From Girardia tigrina (taxonomy: Eukaryota), in NCBI GenBank assembly GCA_001938485.1, contig MQRK01238430.1, positions 44,608 through 96,249 of the forward strand: 51,642 nucleotides of DNA, read 5' to 3'. Below the pieces are notes generated by a model, which was given only the letters and a program-made list of their open reading frames with translations, was not told where the DNA came from and made no database searches. Every line of letters starts with the position of its first letter. The first letter of the stretch is position 1. Position numbers and translations under genes: made by a program. Shown here piece by piece: positions 37,780 to 51,411 of the stretch.

Positions 37780-38215
37780 TTTAATTTAAAAATCGTATCC
37801 AAAACATGTAAAATTCAGAATATAATTAGTAATAAATTAAAAACTCCTTTGAGTTTATGCTCCGATCTTGTTTATAAATTTGAGTATTATGAGTGCAACG
37901 CCACATGCATTGGATAGACGGTTCATCTCTGTAATCGGATTCGTGAGCATTGAAAATTAAATGGTAATGGTAATATTGCTGAACATAAAAAAGACTGTTG
38001 AAATAAATAAGTATAAAATTTTATGTAGAAATTTTTATATTATTGAAATAATTTCATGAGGAATAAACAATTAAAGGGGTTAATCCAGCAATTCATTTCC
38101 AATCAACTACCTCATCAACTTTGTTAAACGTTGTTGCATGCAAAACAATAATAACAAAATTAATTTGATAAACATTATTCATTATGGCAGATATTTCGTA
38201 GAAATATATTGCTAT
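37780..38215 (+). mobile_element. Decayed Penelope GIY-YIG fragment
   Basis: TPLSLCSDLVYKFE..ECNATCIG*TVHLCNRIREH, with a GAAATATATTG remnant near 38200. Confidence 0.7.
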
Positions 38216-38755
38216 AATAAATTTATGTTACAAAATGAAGTTTTTTTTCATTTATTTTAAAATTTATAAATATAATTCGAATTTAGTAAATTATTTTACC
38301 TCAAAAGTTCGAAATAAAATGGGGAAACTAAACAAACGAAGACCAACATTAAATACAGAATAGTTTGGGCAACAAGTGTTGCTTTTCACAGCAGATAACA
38401 ATAAGGGAAACAAAATTTATTGTAAATTTCATATTGAAAAAAATATTTTTTTAACACTGTACATATTGAAGTTGTTATAAAAACGATAAAAGCATTATAT
38501 GGAAACTTATTTAGAGTGTATAACTGGGAAATAATTTGTTGTAAAATAATCATCCATAGAACTGATAAATAAATTTTCATTTATCCACTTAACATTTTTT
38601 TATCTGACAAAAAACATTTATTTTAAAAACGATAACTAAATATTAAAAAATAAAAATTAATTTTTGAAATCCAAAACATGATTATTACAAAAATTATGAA
38701 ACTATTTTTTTACAAATACAAATGTAGGAATATAATTTCTAAATAATTAATTTAA

Positions 38756-38796
<41 letters not shown>

Positions 38797-38899
38797 CAAA
38801 ATTATTTTATTAAAGCTTTTTTAGGAAATAGATTATTGATTATTTATTTTAATTATTCAAATATTATTGAATAACAAAGGCCAAATATTTTTTAAAATT

Positions 38900-39130
38900 C
38901 ATTTAAAGATTTTTAAATTTGAAACGGCTTTACTTGTCCATTTTGAATTTTTATTTATGGATTGTAGTGTCTTATCAATAATGATTCACAGAACTGCCAT
39001 TCATAAAGTGAATCAGAACCCTTCTGTAAAATAGACAATTTATCCTTTCAAACAGAAGAGCTTCTATGTTTACAATGGAACTAATGATCAAGAACCTAAC
39101 TCTATAGACTCGATTGTGAATGCTTACTAC
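38900..39130 (-). mobile_element. Penelope-like fragment (family of 27131-27600)
   Basis: Reverse-complement similarity to 27170-27340 (GGTTCTTGAYCATT, TAGAAGCTC, GATTCAC). Confidence 0.6.
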
Positions 39131-39281
39131 ACCAGCTTTGGAGAAGAAGATTTATCCCTCCTAAGTACGATTTTTTACAGCTGTAACAATCAATGGTCAA
39201 ACGGCATTCTTAATAAATTTGTTAAAAGTTTTCGATTAATTTTACGTAAGAGTACATAATCACTAATTTCTCCTATGTTTA

Positions 39282-40474
39282 TAGGGTGTTCCAAACGTAA
39301 TGGGAGTAAATTATTTTGTATGCATATCTGACAAAATAAAAGAGAACGCAAAGTTAATTGTACAGCTGTATCTGCCAACATACAAAAAGTGTTCTGAATG
39401 GAATCACATTTGCAGTTATTATCCATGTAAGGTTCAAACCTTATGTTCAAACTGTTCAAACCGATGATACGCTGCATGGTATGCTCTTTTGACCATTTCC
39501 TGTGGAATTTCTTTAATGCTGTACTCGATCTTGTCTCGAAGCTCAGCAATGGTAGCAGATCTTGTGCGGTACACATGCTCCTTCAGGTAGCCCCAGAGGA
39601 AGTAATCACACACAGTTAAATCAGGCACACAAGGGGGCCACTCCACCTGTAACAATCCACCGCTGAGGAAACTTTTGGTCGAGCCAGCTGCGTACTGAAG
39701 CAGTGTAATTGCCAGGAGCCCCGTCATGCTGGAAGGTAAGCCTCTTGTATCTCGCATAAGGCCACACAATTGTTTGAAGTAGATGTAGATATGTATCATC
39801 ATTGAATGGACCATCAAAGAAGTAAGGTCACAAGACACCCACTGAAGTTACTCCACACCCCACCATAAATTCCTGACGAGATTCTCTGGACCCACCAAAC
39901 ATTGTTATGTAGTAAAACTGATCCAGATAGGTGAAACAAAGATTCATCTGTCCACATTATGTGGTCAATTAAGTGAGGGTAGGCGTTGAATATCTCCACA
40001 ATCGTTTTGGAAACCTCTTCTCGCCTATCAAACTTGCAATCACTGAGCATTGGCATGTGTTGCGGATGGTAGGGCTTAAGATCAAGTTTTACAAGCAGGC
40101 GATGATAGATCGTTCGTGGAAGGTCAAGAAGAATCTGCGGCGACCAACTTTTTAACTTTTCCAAGCCCTTCAGGCATTGTAGATGTAGCTGGTCGCCCTT
40201 ACCTGGAGAAATCTTCAACGCTTCCAGTCTGCTGAAACTTAGGAGGTGAGGTAGAAAAATGAAAATACTACAGTCTTCATACCTCTTCATAATTCTGAAA
40301 TTGTGAGTAGATTATAATTCTTTCCTCAAGAGGGCGTCGTGTCGAGATTTCATTCATCTGTAAATATACGAGAATAGTCAGTGTTAAAACGTAAATATGA
40401 ATATACACGAAATAAAATGCCTTTCTGGAGATAGATTCAAACAAATATACTCTTATTACTTTTGGAACACCCGA
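39282..40474 (-). mobile_element. Tc1/mariner rosa (DD41D)-like element, frameshifted
   Basis: TIRs TAGGGTGTTCCAAACGTAAT / ATTACTTTTGGAACACCCGA with TA flanks. Motifs MWTDESLFHLSG, QHDGAPG and WPPCVPDLTVCDYFLWGYLK. Confidence 0.88.
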
Positions 40475-41809
40475 TAATAGGTAAAAAATGGTCATAATAG
40501 GTGATTTAAAGATGACGGTAAAACTTTCGAAATATATTATCCTAAAATATATGTTGAAATGGTGTCCCTATTTTTATTTTAAAAATATAATGAATAACAC
40601 GCTTGATATTTATTTGCTTAGTTTGTTTGTTTGTTTGCTACAAATTGTTACGCGAAAATTTCTAACTTCATTTTTGAACAGAGCTGAAATTTCGCAAGCT
40701 TATTCATTCCTGATTAAATTTAATTATTTTCCAAAACATTTACCAAATAATGGATTAATTAAACAAAAGCGATAGAAAAATACATAAAAAAAAACAAATT
40801 AAAATCGATAATCAGCAAAAAAACCTAGGTCAAAATCATAATAAGTCAATGTATGATAATTATTTTTGTGTTAAAAAGAAACTCATCAAATGCGGTTTTT
40901 TAACAAGTATTTTACATTTTTACAAAAATATACATGCATTAAAATATAAATGCTTTTAAATATAAATGCTCTTTAAAATCCGTTGATTAAAAATAATGGA
41001 AGTGCTTTAAATTCATAAATTGAAGGCATTTTTTATATTTATTAATAAATTAATAAATAATTTAATATTTACAAAAACTTTTGTAAAATTAAAGTTATTC
41101 CTATAGAGCAAAGGTTATCGTCTGATTTGAAAGAGAATAATATTATATCGAGCTAGGCTCAACCAAATGAGCGGAAAGGGTTTGTTGTTCTTCATCCATA
41201 GACATTTAAATTATATCACAAAATCAGATTTCATTGCTTCATGAGTCATTTTATAAAGTCTACCATCGATTATTTGATATTTTACAATGACTTTACTATC
41301 TTTATTGTAAAATCTACTATTTCAAAATTTTGAAGGCTTAATCTACGATAATACTTGGTATGGAGACAAATGTATAATAATTTTAAAGTATATTAGACGT
41401 ATTTCTCAGTTTCTTTTATACATTTTTATGCATGCATAAACACCACTCATTTTGATAAACTTTTTCTGTTGATTGGTTTATTGAAATACGAAAAATACAA
41501 ATCATTGGTCCATTAAAATATTCAACGGGAGAGGTATTTTGATGGGAATGTTATTTATGTTATGGAAACTGTTACATTTAATTGAATAAAACAAAAGCTG
41601 ATTATGTATGATTTATTTAAAGGGAATTAATATACTGGAATTAATTTAAATAATTTAATCTGAGACTAAATATTTGAATTTGAATTAATCGCTTTTATAA
41701 TAAATATAACTGTAATAAAATAAGGTAAATGACTATAAAATATGTCTTGAAATCAGTATCCAAATTACACGTATTTTAAAATTCTGCCCAAAATACATTT
41801 ATTAAAACA

Positions 41810-41878
41810 ACATTATCAATTAATTATTATTATCAATTAATTATTATAATCAATTAATTATCATTATCAATTAATTGC
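41810..41878 (+). repeat. About 17-20 bp minisatellite (ATTATCAATTAATT core)
   Basis: Four tandem copies read directly. Confidence 0.7.
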
Positions 41879-42725
41879 CATCATTACAATAATAAAATTT
41901 ATTATAATTTGTTAAGAGTTTCCAACTAGACTTACGTAAGTGATTGCTTTAAATCATTCCTTTTCGATATTTTAAAATTTATTTATATTTTCTATTGATT
42001 TATTTATTTTATTCTTTTAAGACAAAATGATATATTTAAAAAAATCAACCTCTTAACAATATTTGAATACGTGGATTTGTTTTTATAAAATACAACTATT
42101 ACTATTATTATTACAAATAACTTCGAAGAAGCTAATATTGAACAAATGGAAACAATTTTTATATTTTTATACGAAGATTGATAAGTATCCAAGTTTAAAA
42201 AAATATTATCGTAAACTATACTTGATATTATAAACAATAAAACTTATAAAATGATAAAAATTACCCTTAAACCATATTCTTGATATATATATATATATAT
42301 ATATATTAGAAGTAAGAAGCCTTAAATGTTCTACTCATTGCTTACACCACAGTATTATCTCAAATGCTTTTGCGTGCAAACTAAACTGCGCATGGGCAAA
42401 CTATTTGGATATTTTCGCCATAAATCAAAAATAAAATTAAAAAATGATAAAAAATATTAATCTAAAAGTAATTGAATATTTAGCAGAGTAAATAAAAACA
42501 TTATGATAATGAAATATAATTAGAAAAAAAACTGTATATTTAAACTAGCGTAACGTTTCCACATAAACCAGGCCAAACAGTTTTTACTCAAAGGGCTGAT
42601 TAATATTTTAATTATTAATATCTGGATCTAATTTGATTTAAATTTATATTTAATGTTTAAATTTCTTTTTAAATTAAAATCATTTTAAAACTTTAAATGA
42701 CTTAATTAATTTATATTAATTAATT

Positions 42726-43327
42726 TTAATACGTCAATGTCAAGCACCGCAAACAATGTTTGAGCCGTAACCATACACTGCTGCCGGCGGCTGAACCTAA
42801 TCTCCATCCGCAAAAGATAATGGTCTGTATTTGGTGGAATGTGAAAGGAGCGGTGCACTGGGAACTCTTGAACCCTAACCAAGCTCTCACGGCTGAAGTA
42901 TATTGTGCCAAATTGGATCGGCTGAATGAAAATCTGAAGAGGAATAAGGTATCCCTTGTCAATAAAAAGGTATTATTTGTCAGTACGATAACGCTCGGCC
43001 ACATTTTGCAAGAGTGACACAACAAAAGATCAAAGAGTTGGGGTGGGAGGTCTTGCCTCATGTACCATATAGTCCAGATACGGCCACATTATATTACCAC
43101 CTGTTTCGATCTCTACAAAACGTCTTAATGGGAAAAGAATTCGGGCTATCACTTCATTTATTGTCTCAAGTCCCCGGAGTTCTTTAGTGATTGGATCGAA
43201 AGTTTGGTCACGAAGTGTCGTCAGGTCATTGATAATAAGGGTCAATACATAATCTATTAAATACTTAATTTCATTAAAATATTAATGCATAAAAATTTTG
43301 TTAATAGCGGACATTAATTTCCTTCCA

Positions 43328-43332
<5 letters not shown>
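42726..43332 (+). mobile_element. Mariner (DD34D-type) 3' half with right TIR
   Basis: KIMVCIWWNVKGAVHWELL, DNARPH and WEVLPHVPYSPD..YHLFRSLQN. Ends into a TA tract. Confidence 0.9.
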
Positions 43333-43380
<48 letters not shown>

Positions 43381-44229
43381 GCAATATAATTTTTAAATAA
43401 ATGTGTAATTAGAAACCTGTTTATCAAAATAACTTCTTGTAGGAATATGGAGAAACAATTTACTTAAACTTGATATAAATATTTTTCTATAATTTCAACT
43501 TACCCATTATTTAAATTATAATTATTATATTTATCATTAAGTGAAAATCTCAAATACAACAAAATAAACCTAATTTTATTTACCAATAATTTATTTATTT
43601 ATTCTCACGGTAAACAAAATTTACTTTAAAAAGATGAAACTGTTCATTTAAAAGAAAAAAATCGAAAGAAAACAAAAACCGATTATTAATTCGTTCGGTT
43701 GCATAATTGAAACCATAAATTATTTTTCGTTTCTAATTAATATTTTATTTTCCAATCGTTTAAACAGAAATCAAAATTCCAAGAAATTCCTAAATAAAAT
43801 CTTTTTTTCATAAATAGTTCATTTTTATTGTTAATAAATTATAGTTTGAAAGAAAATTGTTCTTATTTCATATTAAAAAGAAGGAACAAGATATAAAATT
43901 TTAATTATAGCATTAATATTAATATTTTAATTGTCATATTCGACAAAAAAGAAATATTTTATTAGAATTAGTTAAGAAGACACAATTTTCAATACAATTC
44001 AGAGATTTATTAAATATCAATTTGCAGACATTTTAATAACAAATAACAAATTTCTTGCGTTGTTTTAGACTTACATAGTCAATGAACGTTTTACTATTTA
44101 TATATCACATCAAAGCACTTTAAAATGATTGATATGAAAAGAGCTTCAGTAATTATCTTTTCCAGATAAAATTAAAGTTAGCGTTCAAAACTCGAAAGCA
44201 GCTTCATGTTCATGATATATCAAGATATT

Positions 44230-44800
44230 GACCTAACCTTAACCTGAACATGAATCCGAAATAGAAACAGTCAATGATCCGAATTACTCAGCAGACGAGA
44301 TTAACCATCTAAACATGGTAGATAATATTAAAAACAGTCTTCCATCCAATAAAATGAAAGGATTGAACAATGAAACAAACGTAACAAATTATCAACTATT
44401 ATAAAGCAGAAAAAGTATGGCACAAGTATGTTGACTTTATTAATGGTCACGGAAGTACACCGAAGTTTGCAGTGAAGAAGTACGAACCAACCTTAATTTC
44501 CAGGTCGAAAAATGAAAAATCAAGCAACAAGCTGATCATTAATTGTGAGATAATTGAAAATTAAGTGATTGCTTTATTTGATACTGTGGCCGATTTTAAT
44601 GTAATTATGGAAGAAAACTTGGGAAAACAAAAAAATAAGTCGAATTTTGAAAAATGTCCAAGCAAGTGAAATGCATAAATGAAAACAATGAAAATGCCAT
44701 TCGTAAAGTAAAATTGGAAAAGAACTATATGACCACCAAAAACAAAGTGTGTGTTGAATGTAATAAGATGTATATTTCCACATGTGTTTATCAGCATTTG
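44230..44800 (+). mobile_element. Decayed gypsy gag-protease junction remnant
   Basis: NKLIINCEIIEN*VIALFDTVADFNVI, a retropepsin DTG-like motif. Confidence 0.55.
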
Positions 44801-44859
44801 AAGTATGAACCATAACCACATTTATCCAAATCCGAATAAAAATGCAAATTTCATTTCTA

Positions 44860-45281
44860 CCGTATTATCACACAGATAAGTCGCGACCTATCTGTGAAAA
44901 AAAATGAAAGTTAAAAAGAAACAAAAGTAGTTACGACTTATACGACCCATATCATGAGATTCTTCTTGATTGATAGTTTATCACAAAATAATAATAATAA
45001 ATTAACACAAAGAACATTTTAATACTTTCATTCAAATTTTAAAATCAGATTTTGCGCATAAATATGTAAATGTAATAAGCAAAATTTTTAATTAGAATTT
45101 TCTAATTTAAACGAAGTTTTATATTAGTGAAAAAGTTTACAAAAAATGCATACTATTCCATAACTCTATATAGTTATATCGCGCATATAAGCCGCGGTTT
45201 GTCTGTCAAAAAAGTGCATATTTAAAAAAAAACTCATGTTCGACTTATGCGTGCTTGCGACTTATCTGCGCGATAATACAG
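44860..45281. mobile_element. pogo/Tigger-like MITE
   Basis: TA|CCGTATTATCACACAGATAAGTCGC ... GCGACTTATCTGCGCGATAATACAG inverted ends with internal subrepeats. Confidence 0.75.
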
Positions 45282-45329
45282 AAATTACTGTTTCAGGAAC
45301 TGCCTTCCAGGCTTTGGAGATCCACCTGG

Positions 45330-45580
45330 CAATCTCCTCCTAAAACTCTCGCTTAAACCTTCCTGATGTTCTATATTCTTTATAGCCATTTATCATCCAA
45401 TTTTCCAACGAAGCTCTCAAATTTGCTTTAAATGACTTGTTGACGCAAATATTGAGAGGTTGAGCTTTCTTAGTGAGGCCACCGGGGATTATTGATCAAA
45501 GTGTTCCTTGTGAGAATGTTTTTGATCTAACGTCATCGGTCTTATGACCAGTAGCTGAATCGAGGATCAAAAGTGACTTT
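45330..45580 (-). mobile_element. pogo-family DDE_1 transposase fragment
   Basis: KSLLILDSATGHKTDDV...IIPGGLTKKAQPLNICVNKSFKANLR. Confidence 0.85.
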
Positions 45581-46349
45581 CGATGAAAGATTGATCTATT
45601 TCTTTAATATTTTGCAAATAAACGGTGAAAGGATCTCATCAGTTTTTCTTCCACTAAATATCTCAGCCACTGAAGAATGCCCAAATGTACAATCTAAAGT
45701 ATTAATTTATTGCATCATTGTCAGTAATATTCAATTTTTCGAACTCACTGAATGAAGTGATTTCAATAAAATTGAATAGAAATTGCTAATTAATTCTATT
45801 TCCAGAACATCGTAAAGTATAGTACTAAAAAAATTAACAAAGTTGACAAAAGATTGATGGATTGAAACATTGAAAGGCCTTTAAAGCCACTTTTGTAATA
45901 TTAATACGGATAACCATATTAGAATGAAAGACAATAGTTACGTCTCAAAAGAATATCATCTCATTACTTGAATAAAAACAATATTCCCATTTAACTCGAA
46001 TAATTCAAGTCAAATGTTGCACCTTAATTCACTTGAAAGAATCCATAAGGCAAACCATGTACCTTTTTTGATATTCTATCATCTTAAATTTACCACTATA
46101 AACGGAAATAAATCATTAGTCGTCTTGTTTTTGAGACTACCATTTCCATTATGAAACTACTTTTACAGGAAATTAATTATTCATTCAATGTCTAATCTCT
46201 GACCCAGTGCATGAATAAGATTTCATATCGTTTAGATCTCTTTTCTTCACGATTTTTCGATAAAATGAAAATCATATAAAATGCATTATTTATTTATTCT
46301 TAATATATATTTTAAAAATAATTTATAGCTTTTTAAAAAAAATAATCAT

Positions 46350-46740
46350 TTAACATGTTTCGATTTTATACTTTATCATCATCAATCACAATTTGGAAAA
46401 TATTTGAATATTGATGTTTTTGTTTTTAAAATGATATAAAACTTTAAAAGTTAGAATGTAAAATGGTAGATTTAAAGCATATATATTATATTTACCGCGA
46501 AATGTTTCTGGATGTTAATGGCAAAATTTTTATTTGTTTTATTAAAGCTATTAAGAATTTAGACGGCCCTCATTTGCCCCATTTTGGATATTATTTAATA
46601 AGTTAAAGTGTTTTATCAATAATGATACATAGAAGTGCTACTCTTAATGTGAATCAAAGCCTTTCTGTAGAACATAAAACTCATCCCTTGAAACAGAAGA
46701 AGGTCTATTCTTACAATCGTCGAGTCTGAGCTTGCGTATT
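46350..46740 (-). mobile_element. Penelope-like 3' fragment with a hammerhead-like motif at 46352-46385
   Basis: Similar to 27170-27600. Contains UUGAUGA-U-GAU..AUC-GAAACAUGUU. Confidence 0.6.
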
Positions 46741-46968
46741 TGACATTGATTGGATTCAAAATGACACATGAAGATGATTCTCGGTAATCCCGACTTACTC
46801 AATGACATTCGATAATATTTATACCCAGCAATAAATAAATATTACATTTACTAGCAACCTATCCTGTCCTAGGATGAGTTAAAATACTACATAACGTCAT
46901 AAGATAGTATAAGATAACGACACATGAAGAGCTGATGAAGCTAAATTGTGATTTTGTTCTGTACAAAC

Positions 46969-47168
46969 CTTTTAATGGTAGTCCAATTTTTATTTATGGA
47001 TAATTTAATATTTTCAATATTGTCTGTTAAATATCCATTCCAGTTCTGATTTTCCGGAATTACTCTTTGTTTAAAACATAATTTTGACACAGAATTTTTA
47101 AACAATGAAATTGTATTTAATGATAATAAGTAGAGAATAATAATCGTTCCAAATATTAATCTATCCAT
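46969..47168 (-). CDS. Tentative first coding exon (hydrophobic N-terminus; possible divergent L27 N-terminal part of dlg)
   Basis: ATG at 47168, donor AAG|GTTTGT in phase 2. MDRLIFGTIIILYLLSL...NIKLSINKNWTTIK is in frame with the 37375-37409 and 34260-34516 exons. Confidence 0.3.
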
Positions 47169-47559
47169 TTGTATTTCATTTTAAAATCATATTTCTGAAC
47201 AATATAAAGTAGGAAATATCATTAAATTATTAATACATATTTTTTCATATCGCATTCATTGTACAAATTCCAATAAGGCCCTTTTTCAAGTGTCATCGTG
47301 CGAAACCTTGTTCGATTTCCTTTGCATTTTGATATTTAGTGAGAATTATCGTCAAAATGTACTCAAACGATACACTCAACATTTGTATGTTTCTGTTTTT
47401 TTCCTGACTCAAACATAAAAATAAACTAATTTCTGTGAGATTAATAAACTAGATAAATAAATAATCAGGTACTTTGAACAATTTTAACAAATAATTTTTA
47501 GTTAGGTATATTTTTTGCAAACTAATTGAATGAAATAAAATAAACTGTATAAGAAATGA

Positions 47560-49035
47560 ATCCTCAAAAGTCATTCAGGAATACGACAAAAAAAAATCAA
47601 AACACTTCTTTAACAAAATTTTTTGAAGCTATCGGATTTATGAACACATTCAGTTAGTTCAAGAGAAAACAAGAACAAATCCAGAGAAGAAGAAAGTACA
47701 GAGGCACCCGATTAAAGGAGCTAAAAAATTCAGGAATAGAACAGATGCATAGCAGTTCATAATAAAATTTACAGGTTAACGAAACGGAGTGAAAATAATT
47801 CTATCGCTGCATAAATTGGAATTCCTAAAGCATTGACCGATGCCATCAACAAGAAATTCAGACTGTTTGATGGGAATTGTACTGAGAAAGTAGGATGTTG
47901 GTTTTTAGATATGTGCCGATTGACTCAATATATGTGAATAACGTTCACTATATTGTTCGATAGCATGCTGATAGATCAGGCGGATACTCTCTGGAAAAAA
48001 TACAAAGCAGATATAAAAGTGTTTCCGATGAGGAGGCAAAGCAATGTTTTACAAAGTCGTTTACCAAGAAAACACAGTGTTAGAAGAACTTGAAGTGTTA
48101 ATAAATATAGAGCAGAAGGAAAATGAAAGGCTTTTAGTTTTTGAATTGAAAGTCAGAGAAGCGTATGAAAGGTTTTAGGGAAGGATGAAATCGTAGAAGA
48201 GTTGTTTGCGAAAAAATAAAATTTCAAGTACTGAAGGAGAGGTTTGTATTCAAACCTAAAATGCTGATCCAAAAGATGCGCTACGAAGTGCGAATTTACG
48301 AAGATATTGTGGCAAGAGAAGAAACTGTGGTGGTTATGACGAGAAAGCAATCATTTGCAGAATCAATTCGGAAAACAAATTAGCACAAGGAGCTAGTATC
48401 GTTCCAGGAATTCCGAAATGGCCGGTCCAAATTCACAGAAATAACAGTTCGACAGCCTAATAGGTTATCGGTGGTAACAGTGATTTGACAATTGATTTGG
48501 GTCATCAAAATGCTACCAAAAGTTACAATTCCAGTTCACTCAGCGTGGTTTCAAGCAAGGAAATTGAACTGCCAAATGAAGGGCCTCCAACAGTCTGAGG
48601 AACAAGGATTATCGAAAGGGGATTGCTATTGTTGTGGAAAACATGAACATTATGGCTAAAAAACATGGTTATGACTTTTTGACTTTAAAAAAACTAATTA
48701 AATAGTATCATCGAGAAAGGCAGAAACCTAGATATGTTGGAGATAATATAGAAGCACCCAAAAGTTTGTAAAGGACTGAAATAAGTCTTGGCAAGATATG
48801 AGGATGTATTCATGAAACACGAGTACAATCTGTGGTTAACAGATGTTGTGGTCACAGAATCGAAACCGACAGTAAACCAATATTTTTGAACCCCAGAAAG
48901 CAGTCTATGCATTTTGAAAAGAAAATTGAAAATCTTTTGAAACATTTGAAAAACTCGGGTTCAATTCGAAAATGTAAAAGCTATTATTGCAATTTTTTAA
49001 GAGATTACAAGAAAATTTACAAGGAAACAATTTAA
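47560..49035 (+). mobile_element. Decayed Ty3/gypsy gag to RT N-terminus
   Basis: FRLFDGN..VGCWFLDM (gag), CYCCGKHEH (knuckle) and GHRIETDSKPIF..KIENLLKHLKNSGSIRKCKS (RT start). Confidence 0.75.
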
Positions 49036-49546
49036 AAACTTGGCGACCAAACTTTCTTGGTGTGGAAATGGCTGGACCAAAATGTCTTGGTACCGAAACG
49101 GGGGTACCACATGTTATGTACCTAAAAATGAAATCTTGATCTTTAGGTATTCTCTATTCCCTTTCGTAACAAAATTTCTTCCAAAGCTTTAATACTTTGA
49201 GGCCAATCATTAATTATGCCATTATTTTCACGAATGTCTGCAATTTTTACTCTCATAAAAATGTTAACAAGCATATAACATCATCCTTAATATGTCATCA
49301 TATCAACTCATATCTTTCAATATTTATTTTGATATCTTTTAATTGGAATATGTTCTAAAATTTAGATTTTGAAATATCTAATTTTGTCTCATTAACTATT
49401 AACTTTTATAAATATTTATTTAACTACAGTAATAAAAGTAACCAAGATTTTGTTAAATGATTTACTAAAATATATAAATTTTATAACACGAAGTGATACA
49501 TATTTATAGAACCTTCCCTATGTTCCAAGAAAAACTACCGTAAGTA

Positions 49547-49678
49547 CCGTATTCTCACGCATATAAACCACTGTTAATGTGCGATTTTACCCACCCCACT
49601 TGGCACTTGCGGGCTATACAAATAGGCCGGGCAGGTAAAATCACACATTATCCGTGGGTTAAATGCCTGAAAATACAG
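49547..49678. mobile_element. Small palindromic pogo-like MITE
   Basis: TA|CCGTATT..TAATGTGCGATTTTACC paired with GGTAAAATCACACATTA..AAATACAG. Confidence 0.6.
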
Positions 49679-50739
49679 GAATGTTTTCCTTAAAGAAAAC
49701 TATTTTCCAACATTCTGTAAACAATCCATTTTATTAAAATAATTAATAACAAACTTTAAAAAATGTGTAGCATAAAATTTGATTATTAATATTTTTAGAT
49801 GATAACCAGGATTGTCTCGTATATAAATAAGAAAAAATATAAAAATATACTAGAATAATCTAACTAAATACACATTTATACATTTGATATTACCTGTTAT
49901 TGCCCTTTAAAAATTGTACAAAATACACAACAAATTTGATTGCTAAAAATAACATCTGTGCAGTAACTAAAAAGGTGTGAGTCTTCGAGCGGGTCACATA
50001 ATAGTAAATATTTTAAGAATAAAAATTGCACAATAAAACTTATAACATCATATAAAACAAAAATTACTAATATTAATATTTTATGGTATATAATATAAAA
50101 TTAAAAATTAAAAAATGAATGATAATTTTTCAGTATACGCTTTATGATTTATTCATAAAATAACTCTCATTAACAAACAAAACTTTAAATTTGAAAAAAA
50201 ACATTTAAGTAATAAAGAATTATTTATAAATTATATTATATTATTTAAAAAAATTAAAATAATAATTAACGATTGAGTAGTTTTAATAAGATTAATATTT
50301 TTTTGAATATTTAAATATAAAATTTTTTCCTTTTAGAATGATGAATATTTCTTAGAGGTTTAAGGAATAGTTATCGTCAATAATTTTCAAATAATAATCT
50401 ATTGAATGTTTATATATTTATACTACATAGCCTGTATCAAGATCAGCCTTTTTGAACATTAAAACAATGAAAATAATCTATATGATTTAGGATTAAATCT
50501 TCTATTAGAATTAATCTTCTATTAAAACAAATCTTCTAATAAAAAAATCTTCTAATATTAAAATCTTCTATTACAATTGATATAAAGGAATCATGTAATA
50601 ATTAATTATTAAACTAATTTGAAAAAAATGAGGAATAATTTTGAAATCAAAACAGTGAAATGTTTTGTAATTGTTTTCTTATATGATAATTTTTAAAAAG
50701 AATAAAATACACTTTAACTATAAAATGTGAAATTAAAGT

Positions 50740-50920
50740 TTAAAAATAAAATTCATTCTCAAAAAATGATTGCTGAAGTGCATCACGAAGATAAAATCAC
50801 TGCCAGAGCCTGTCAGAAATGGTTTAAGAGGTTCAGAAAAGGCGATTTTAATCTGAGCAACAAAGACCGCGGTAGACTACCAAAGCAGTTTGAAGACAAT
50901 AACTTACAAGCATTCAATTA
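50740..50920 (+). mobile_element. Mariner transposase N-terminal HTH fragment
   Basis: IAEVHHEDKITARACQKWFKRFRKGDFNLSNKDRGRLPKQFED. Confidence 0.85.
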
Positions 50921-51411
50921 TGATGCATTTAAATACTAAATTTATTAATATCATTTTAATTAAAGAAAGTAAATTGAAAATTAAATTAATTAAATTTATA
51001 AGGAAATATATTTAGTTATTACTTGTAGAATAAAGTTTTAACTAGTCCTAAAATATTGCTTATAATTACAATATTAGTATTAAATTAATTATTAAAAGTA
51101 GCAATACTAAAGAAATGTATACTTTTGTTTATTTTTTCGATTGACATTGTATTATTTTATATTCTTCATTTATTTTCAAAGAATAATTTAAGTAAAATTA
51201 AATATTAAGCAATTATGTATTCTATACTTTAATTTATCAAAAGTATCAAGATTTTTTTTCTTAATATTATACTTCATGTTGGATATTAGATATTTTAATT
51301 ATTTGAAATATTTAATATTTACATTTTTGATAAATATTTTGTTTAAATATTATCAATTAAACATTGTTTTGGAAAATAAACTTTTCGCGTGTTACAAGCT
51401 ATCTGGGCATA

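Noticed and set aside
41930-41975. Minus-strand donor GTAAGT after ISKRNDLKQSL as the missing L27 exon
   Set aside because: In-frame stop just upstream, no usable acceptor, and wrong phase for the next exon.
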